Assembly: GCF_009914755.1 (NCBI RefSeq)
Contig: NC_060925.1
Origin: the human T2T-CHM13v2.0 reference genome, Homo sapiens
Reading direction: 5' to 3' (one strand)
Length of the DNA: 64,000 bases
Shown here one piece after another: positions 54,866-64,000 of this stretch. The position numbers were made by a program, and so were the translations under genes. Numbering within the stretch: position 1 is the first letter of the stretch; every line of letters begins with the position of its first letter. Under the pieces are notes generated by a model. That model was not told the origin of the DNA. It searched no databases and worked only from the letters and a program-made list of their open reading frames with translations.

Positions 54866-55092
54866 CTCAAACCAAATTTCACTTCAGTTTAGGTTTGATT
54901 TGAAAACATTTTGATGTTATGGTTCTGTGGTTTTACAGAATACTTAAGACTGGTTTGGGTTTGAATAGGTTGAGTAGGTTTAAAGTGAAACATTTCTTCA
55001 TTGGTTTGTGGTTAACCAATTTATTGTTTCAGAAATTAAAGCTGGTTAGCCAGGCCCAGGTTTGAGTTCCAAGTTCAATTCAGTTCAAGTTC
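54866..55092 (-). pseudogene. Fossil exon (heavily decayed)
   Basis: Acceptor catttgccag|; phase 1 to 0 fits both neighbours, but 7 stops and a weak donor GAG|gtgctg. Confidence 0.35.
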
Positions 55093-55341
55093 CTGGCAAA
55101 TGTACAATGAGAAAAGTTTATGATTCCAAAATTATTATGTGCCAAAGATCCCAACTTCCTCAAAAACCACAAGTCTCTCACAACCCTCTCTTATTTTTGA
55201 TGGGATAAGAGAAATGTGCCAGCAAGAGGCTGCCCACAGCATCAACCCAAAGTCAAACCGAAGACAGGCAACACCTCATCTGAGAGTAAAGAAGACCCCT
55301 ATGGTTTCACTTTCAGCAGCTGCAGTGTGATAACTGAATTA

Positions 55342-55686
<345 letters not shown>

Positions 55687-55877
55687 GAATTCTCTACGTT
55701 GACAACACTCAACCATGATATCTGGACACAAAAGTGCATTTCTTTCATTTAGAAGATGTGTCAAGCAAGCATTTGCAAATAATTGTTTAATTTTTGTAAG
55801 TGGATATATCAATGCACACACATTCATATATATAACAATTGTATATATGTGTGCATTAATGAATTATTCTCAATCAC

Positions 55878-56223
55878 TTGTATTCTGATAAGATTTCTTG
55901 TCTAGGAGAAAAATGCCTTGGATGGCAAGGGGTACATATTTGGGAATGTTCTCCACATATGAGCACAAACTATCGTATATGGCATCAGGAAAATGTGACA
56001 GAAGATACTTTGCAATATCTTATTCCTGTTCATACCATAAGATAAGGTTGAGAATGAGCACATGAGGATCCGGACCAGGGGCTAGGTGCTGAGGCCTGCC
56101 TACAGACTTCACAGGTCTTGGATTCTCTAAAGCATTGGAATGGCTATGGGTGAATAGCTGAGGCCTATTAGACGATTTGCACTGAGAATAACTAGACTGA
56201 ACAATATCACAGATCACAGACAC
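55878..56223 (-). pseudogene. Fossil exon (best preserved)
   Basis: Acceptor tttgcag|; 346 nt, [114 protein letters not shown], one stop in 115 codons; phase-0 start matches the previous exon. Confidence 0.6.
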
Positions 56224-56243
56224 CTGCAAACGACCAGTCTAAA

Positions 56244-56537
56244 TTTTTTTTTTTAGACGGAGTCTTACTCTCTTGCCCAGGCTGGAGTGCAGTGGCACGA
56301 TCTCGGTGCTCACTGCACCCTCTGCCTCCTGGGTTCAAGCGATTCTCTTGCCTCAGCCTCCTGAGTAGCTGGGACCACAGATGCACACCACTATGCCCAG
56401 CTAATTTTTGAATTTTTAGTAGAGACAGGGTTTTACCATGTTGGCCAGGCTGGTCTTGAACTCCTGACCTCAAGCAATTCACCCGCCTTGGCCTCCCAAA
56501 GTACTAGGATTACAGGCATGAGCCACCATGCCCAGCC
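56244..56537 (-). mobile_element. AluS
   Basis: Alu consensus match. Confidence 0.9.
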
Positions 56538-56914
56538 TAAAGACAGATTTCTATTTTCATTCTGGTTTAAGAGAAAAAAAAGGAATGTTCAGTTTCTTCA
56601 GCATGGTTTAATAAGAAATATATTTAGTTTTTGTCCCCAGTTTCTGGCATACAGCACCTAAAATCCTTGGCATTTGCTGAGTGATAGGAGCACGTTCTGT
56701 TATTTGTAAGGAGTCCCATTTGATCTTACCAAAGTTTATGCTAATGTGACTTAGGATGGGGCCCCTAAATAGCCTCAGGATGGGGTCAGTCACCAGAAAG
56801 ACCCAGTGATTATGGGGTAGAACTTTCAGTCTCACCCACTGACCTCTAAGGAAACGTAGGGATGGAGGGAGCTGAAGATTAAACTCTCTAAAAACGCTTT
56901 AAAAATGAGATTTG

Positions 56915-57250
56915 GGCCAGGTGCAGTGGCTATTTCTTGTAATCCCAACACTCTGGGAGGCCAAGGAGATAAGATCACTTGAGGTTAAGAGTTCAAGACC
57001 AATCTGGACAACAAAGCAAGACGCTTGTCTCTACAAAAAAAAAAAAATTTAATTAGCCGGATGTGGTGGTGCACACCTGTAGTCCCGGCTACTCGAGAGA
57101 CTGAAGTGGGAGGACCCCTTAAGTCCAGGAGTTCAAGGCCGCAGTGAGCTATGATGGTGCCACTGCACTCCAGCCAGGGCAACAGAGCAAGACTCTGTCA
57201 AACCCATCCCCCAAAAAAAAGGTAAAAAAAAAAAAAAAAGTTTTTTAAAA
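56915..57250 (+). mobile_element. AluJ in MER21
   Basis: TSD taaaaatgagatttg. Confidence 0.88.
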
Positions 57251-57512
57251 AAAGTAAAAATGAGATTTGATGAGCTTCCAGGTTGGTAAGCACATTCATG
57301 TGCTGGGAGAGTGGTACACCCCAACTCCCAGGGAACAGAAGATTCTGCACTTAGGATCTTTCCAAACCTTGCCCTGTTAACCTCTTTGTCTGGCTATTCA
57401 TCTTTATCCTTTATAATAAACTGGTAAATGTAAGTAAAGTGTTTCTCTAAGTTCTGAGTTGTTCAAGCAAATTATCAAACTGAAAGAAGGGCATAAGAAT
57501 CTCCAGTTTATA

Positions 57513-57830
<318 letters not shown>

Positions 57831-58131
57831 GAATCCCCAATTTGTAACAGGTCAGTCCGAAACACGGGAGGCCTAGACTTGCAAATGGCTCTGAGTAGGG
57901 GCAGTCTTGTGGAACTGAGCCTATTCACTTGTGACATCTAAAGCTAACTTCAGGTACATAGTGACAGAATTAAACTGAATTGTAGGACACTCAGATGGTG
58001 TTGGAGAATTGGTTGGTGTGGGGAAAAAACCTGCACATCTGGTGTGAGGTGCTCTGTATCCGTGTGGAGAAAATGCTTTATCAGATTTAGTATCCCGTTA
58101 ATGTTTCCAACCCATTTACAGATTCTCATAC

Positions 58132-58222
58132 CTTGAGAGGAAGCACAATAAGATGAGTTGACTTTGAATTTGCATGAGCTTGAGCAATGAGGATCACAAA
58201 AAAACTTCCTCAATATTCCAAC
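58132..58222 (-). pseudogene. Fossil exon
   Basis: Donor AAG|gtatga; LEY*GSFFVILIAQAHANSKSTHLIVLPLK ends in phase 0; acceptor either 58222 (gag) or 58224 (cag). Confidence 0.5.
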
Positions 58223-58267
58223 CTCTGGATGGTACAGTTGAAAGAGAATTTAGAAATCCCCTCATCT

Positions 58268-58422
58268 AGGATCTTCTAAATCTAGCTGGCCATCAGAATC
58301 AGCTGCAGGGCATTATTTTTAAAATTCCATTAAATAAGAATAAGAATCTCCAGCGCTGGAACCTGGAAATGTAAACTTTAGAGAGCTCCTAAGGAAATTC
58401 CAATGAGCTTTGCATGTCACTG
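58268..58422. mobile_element. MER5-type hAT element
   Basis: catcagaatcagctgcaggg...agaatctccagcgctggaacctggaaat. Confidence 0.55.
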
Positions 58423-58875
58423 ATTTCAACCATCAACCTTCCATTCAGATAATGTCAGCACAGACAGCTCCACCTCTGTGATCATCATAGCTAATATGTG
58501 TAAAGTGCCTACTGAGGACCAGACACTTTAACATATATTACCTCTAAACCTTACAACTACCCTCAAATTCACACTGAATAGACAAATTCTGACAGTCTCC
58601 TTTCTCTAAATGTTCAGCACTATTCTTACATAAAATTTATTCTCTAATATGCTGTTGATGGACATTATTAAGTTTCTATGTATTGCTTCAGAAAGTCCTG
58701 CCATCTAAGCACAGAAGACAAAGTGACTGAGTTGCATTTTTCACCTACAGCAAGCTTAAAGTATACACCATACTATTTTCAGGGTTGTGGCATGGGAAAT
58801 CCCATGATGATTAAGGAAACTAACAAACTGTTGCATAATTAATGTGTTCACGAGTCACAAAGTGGTGTAAATTAC

Positions 58876-59279
58876 CCAGTGCAAACCCATGGGGCTTCAG
58901 CACCAGGGAGTTCCAGGGACCAGGGCTCTAAGAATTCACCTTTCCCTTCCCACCTCCAACCATTTCCATGTGGGGCCAACTTATAATTTAGATTGATGGG
59001 CCCACCCAAAGCTCTAAGACACCTGGCTGTATGACTAGGTTTTCACACACAAATTGGTTTGGCTCTCATTGAAAATATCCACAGCTAAGCTGAGTGGGGT
59101 GGCAACGAGCCTGTAATCCCTATTACTGAAAGGCTGAGGCGGGATGATCATTTGAGCCCAAGAGTTCCAGTCTACCCTGGGCAAGATAGCAAGACCCCAT
59201 CTCAAAATAAGTGTATCCACAGCAAAATAAGTTTAACTTCAGGAAATTGTGTTGCTAATGTTTCTACTGCTGCTTGCTC
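58876..59279 (-). pseudogene. Fossil exon interrupted by a FLAM/Alu monomer
   Basis: Acceptor tatttccag|, donor GG|gtaatt. Removing 59086-59223 (insert plus one TSD tatccacagc) gives 266 nt, EQAAVETLATQFPEVKLILLWIFSMRAKPICV*KPSHTARCLRALGGPINLNYKLAPHGNGWRWEGKGEFLEPWSLELPGAEAPWVCT, 1 stop in 88 codons. An alternative donor at 58749 is also possible. Confidence 0.55.
59087..59212 (+). mobile_element. FLAM-type Alu monomer
   Basis: About 125-bp diverged left monomer; TSD tatccacagc. Confidence 0.8.
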
Positions 59280-59429
59280 CTGGAAATACTAGCAACGAAC
59301 ACTTTGTTAATCAAAACATTTAATCAAATGTTTCAGTCAAAACGTTTCACTTTTAAAATGACTGGCACCCTATAGAGGAATTTACCTATTGAGCATAGTT
59401 TGCCAAAAGAATAAAATAAAATGAGCATT

Positions 59430-59810
59430 CAATCAAGTTTAACCTAAAGCTGCCTCCTCACATATTTTAAGTTCAGCCTAAAGAGGTCTCCATTAGCGTG
59501 AACTGTAACCTAACTAGATGTGTAAACAGACTGCAACCTACTCTTGTGCCAATCACCAAGTTTTGGCCAAAGGCAGCCAACTCTTCAAACCAGGCAAATG
59601 CTGAGCTGTAACCAATTCAGCTGTTTGTGTACCTCACTTCTGTTTTCTGTATGTCACTTTTCTTTCTCTGTCTATACATCATCTTCTACCACATGGCTAT
59701 GCTGGAGTCTCTCTGAGCCTACTCTGGTCCGGGAGGCTGCCTGATCCATGACATGCTCTTTGCTCAATTATACTGTTAAATTTAATTTGTCTGAGGTTTT
59801 TCTTTTAATA
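59430..59810 (+). mobile_element. MER57-type ERV1 LTR
   Basis: cctaaagctgcctcc..catattttaagttcagcctaaag; CCAAT motifs; aaatttaatttgtctgaggtttttctttta end. Confidence 0.82.
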
Positions 59811-60437
59811 TGAGACAGCATCTGATATTACCCGTGCCGTCACTCCCAGCAGCTCAGGGAGTCAGGCCTCACCTCTTTTACGTCATTTCTGAACCCCAAT
59901 CAAAGCCTCCCAAAGGAATGTTTTGGCAGCCTGAAGACATAGCTAATCCCCTTATAAATAGCTGTTCTTCTAAATTACCAGAAAATTGAATGGATTATAA
60001 CACAATAGAGCTGTAAAAGTTAGTGCCTCCAAAATAAACCTCAACTATGCTTCTCTTGTGATTATTTAATCTCCTTCAGTCAATCATGTTAATTATGTTA
60101 TCTACGCCAAACTGTGGATAAAACAGGAAGGATATACAGAGATTCTTCTACAAATTAAAACCTTCATGAGCTCTATTTACAGAAACATGGATATTTAGGG
60201 AACTTCAAAATCACTGGGTAGCAGCTAACATTAGTCTTCCAGGTTCATTCGTGGCCATTATCATGGCTTGATCCTCTCAGCAATCATCAGAGGAAGCAGT
60301 CAGGGAACAGTGGAAGGAGAAGTATAAAATGAAGCAAGAAATAAGTTTGAGTCCAGATTCTTTACCTTGTTATCTGATAAACAGTTATTTAATCTATCTG
60401 GACCTCAATTTCCTTACCTATAAAATGTGGGTGATGA

Positions 60438-60763
<326 letters not shown>

Positions 60764-60823
60764 CTACTTTCATTTGCTGAAAGATTAAATGAAATGAATA
60801 TGTAAAAGCACCTAGCTGGGCAT

Positions 60824-61860
60824 CTGACTTACATTTTCTTTTAAAAAAATTTATTTTAAGTTCATGGGTACATGTGCAGGATGTACAGGTTTGTTTGTTA
60901 CACAAGTAAGCATGCGTCATAAGGTTTTGTTGTACAAATTATTTCATCACTCAGGTATTAAGCCTAGTATCCATTAGTTATTTTCCCTGATCCTCTCCCT
61001 CCTCCTACTTTGCACCCTCCGGTAAGCCCCCGCATGTGTTGTTCCCCTCGATGTGTCCATGTGTTCCCATAATTTAGCTTCCACTTATAAATGAGAACAT
61101 GCGGTATTTGGTTTTCTGTTCCTGCATTAGTTTGCTAAGGATAATGGTCTGTTATTAAAAGATCAAAAAATAATAGATACTGGTGAAGTTGTGGAGAAAA
61201 GGGAACACTTTTGCACTGTTGGTGGGAGTATTAGTTCAACCCTTGTGGAAGACAGTGTGGCAATTCCTCAAAGACCTAGAGACAGAAATACCATTCGACA
61301 CAGCAATCCCATTACTGAGTATACACCCAAAGGAATATAAATCATCTATTATAAAGACACATGCAGGTCAGGCACGGTGGCTCATGCCTGTAATCCCAAC
61401 ACTTTGGGAGGCCAAAGCAGGCAGATCATGAGGTCAGGAGATCCAGACCATCTTGGCTAACCCGGTGAAACCCTGTCTCTACTAAAAATACAAAAAATTA
61501 CCCAAGCGTGGTGGCACATGCCTGTAGTCCCAGCTACTCAGAAGGCTGAGGCAGGAGAATCACTTGAACCAGGAGGTGGAGGTTGTAGTGAGCCGAGATT
61601 GCGTCACTGCACTCCAGCCTTGGTGACAGAGCGAGATGCCATCTCAAAAAAAAAAAAAAAAAAAAAAAGACACATGCACACATAAGTTCATTGCAGCACT
61701 ATTCACAATAGCAAAGACATGGAATCAACCTAAACGCCCATCAATAATAGACTGAATAAAGAAAATGTGTATATATACACCATGGAATACTATACAGCCA
61801 TAAAAAGCAGTGAGATCATGTCCTTTGCAGGGACATGGAAGGGGCTGACTTACATTTTCT
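60824..61860 (-). mobile_element. L1PA (about PA11-13) 3' fragment with twin-priming inversion; nested Alu 61366-61668
   Basis: Minus segment 60840-61150, plus segment 61151-61847; perfect 16-bp TSD ctgacttacattttct. Confidence 0.92.
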
Positions 61861-61964
61861 CTTCATGCAAAACCAATGGGGATTTTTTGTCTTGACAAAG
61901 TAATTCTAAAATAGAACAAGTTTGCGGAACGAGCCAGTAAAGAATTTTAAAGAAAAATAATGGA

Positions 61965-62591
61965 AGACTACCATGGCCCCAATTCTCTAATCCACCCTGC
62001 ATTCACCTTTTCTGCAATATGACTCCACAGCTCCTTCCATGAGAAGGTGGAGTATATTTCTCAGGCCCTCAGGGCTGAAGTTAGCCATGTGATTTGTTTT
62101 GACCAATGAGACATTAGAAAACTTGCTGCAAGCAGAGGCTTCACAAAGTGCTTGTGCATTTGCTTCCTGTTTTGCCTTCTGCACTTCACTGTGTGAACAT
62201 GTCTGGGCTAGCCCACTAAAGGATGAAACATATAGGACCCAGTCGCACACATCACCCCAGCCCACAGCCAGCAGACCACCAGACATGAAAATGAGTGCAG
62301 CTAAAACTATAAAAAGTACTCAGCTTAAATCACAACTACAGATTCATGAGCTAAATAAATGTTTGTTTTAAGCCATACTTCCTTAGTGTGGTTTCCATGA
62401 GGAAAATAATTCCTATAGAAAAATCATTTGTGTCTATTTTCTCAATTCTCCCAAGATAGTACATAGTTAATTCATTATATATAATAAATGCCTTACAGCA
62501 TTAGATTTTAACTATCTCCTGGAACCCTGTTAGCTATTGCATTTTGGGTGGTTGTTATGAAGCATAATTATAGCCAGAGATAACTGATATA
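61965..62591 (+). mobile_element. MLT1 (F/G/H-like) MaLR LTR
   Basis: gaaggtggagtatatttc, tgatttgttttgaccaatg, ctaaataaatgtttgttttaagcca, gataactgatata end. Confidence 0.72.
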
Positions 62592-62689
62592 ATCATACAT
62601 TAAAATGCTTTATAAAGCCACCATTATTAAAATGATGCATCACCACAATGACAGATAAATAAAAGAAAATTAAATTTTAAAAAAATCTG

Positions 62690-62950
62690 TGGCTGGATGT
62701 GGTGGCTTACATTGGGAGGCCAAAGTAGGAGGATCCCTTGAGGCTCCAAGTTCAAGACCAGCCTGGCAACATAGGAAGATCCCATCTCTACAAAAAATGA
62801 AAAAATTAGCTGGGTACGGTGGCATGTGCCTATAGTCCATCATCTCAGGAGGCTGACATGAAGGATCACTTGAGCTCCTTGCAGTGTTTATGCCACTGTA
62901 CTCCAGCGTGGATGACAGAGCAAGACCCTGTCTCAGAAAAAAAAAAAATA
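62690..62950 (+). mobile_element. AluJ
   Basis: Alu consensus with deletions. Confidence 0.85.
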
Positions 62951-63453
62951 TATATATATCTATATATATATATATAAAGAAGAAAGAAAACAGCTCCCCT
63001 GTACAGAGACTGGGGGTGAGGCTCAGAACAATGAGAGACCCCCCCCAAAAAATATTTTTTAAACAAGGGGCATTTTAAGTCTTTGGAGGAATGATGGAGC
63101 ATTCAATAAAATAATAAAGTATTTTGGGACAAGTGGCTACTATATGGAGAACAAAAGCTTCACTACCTGTCATCTTGCCCTCAAATCCATTCCAGATAGT
63201 TAAAAATTTAATATTTTCCAAAGAAAGAGCTATATCATTAAAAATACATAAAAATTTATATTTTCTTCAAGTGACAGAGGGCTTTTGAAGCATGATGCCA
63301 ATAAAAGAAGCCATAATGGAATGATTGATAGATTTAACTATGTAAAATGTTTAAATATCAGTGCATATTAAAGGGCAAACAAAATTTTAATTTTGGCACA
63401 ACATTTTTATATTTTGCTACAAAATTAAAAGGCAAACAAAAAAATTAAATTTG

Positions 63454-63737
<284 letters not shown>

Positions 63738-63763
63738 GGAATTTGGTAATAGCTATTACCTAC

Positions 63764-63820
<57 letters not shown>

Positions 63821-63848
63821 TATGTATATATGTATATATATGTGTGTG

Positions 63849-63890
<42 letters not shown>

Positions 63891-63892
63891 TA
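63764..63892. repeat. (TG)n(TA)n microsatellite
   Basis: Direct reading. Confidence 0.95.
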
Positions 63893-64000
63893 TTCATAGC
63901 AAATATTTATTGAGCTTCTGCATGCCACAACCGTGTATCTGAAGGTAAAATAGAAAGCAAAAACAGGAGCCGTGGCTCATGCCAGTAATCCCAGCACTTC

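Overview
Human genomic DNA (an AluYb8 and an SVA indicate the human lineage), AT-rich and very repeat-dense: about 65 Alu copies, one full-length SVA, several L1s (two with twin-priming inversions), ERV1/MaLR solo LTRs, HSMAR2, MER2, MER3, L2 and MIR. There is no intact protein-coding gene; almost all ORFs in the supplied track are Alu, SVA, L1 or microsatellite artefacts. Recognisable non-repeat content is a U6 snRNA retrocopy and a 5'-truncated processed pseudogene of PITPNC1 derived from its short splice isoform. The main hunt result: the unique islands between repeats, read on the minus strand from about 59.3 kb down to 0.1 kb, form a chain of about 20 splice-bounded, largely phase-compatible segments with scattered stops. 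Several of their reading frames are restored when an inserted transposon and one target-site copy are removed. I interpret this as a large, long-dead multi-exon gene whose protein I cannot name. All coordinates were counted by hand; repeat boundaries and subfamily calls are approximate.
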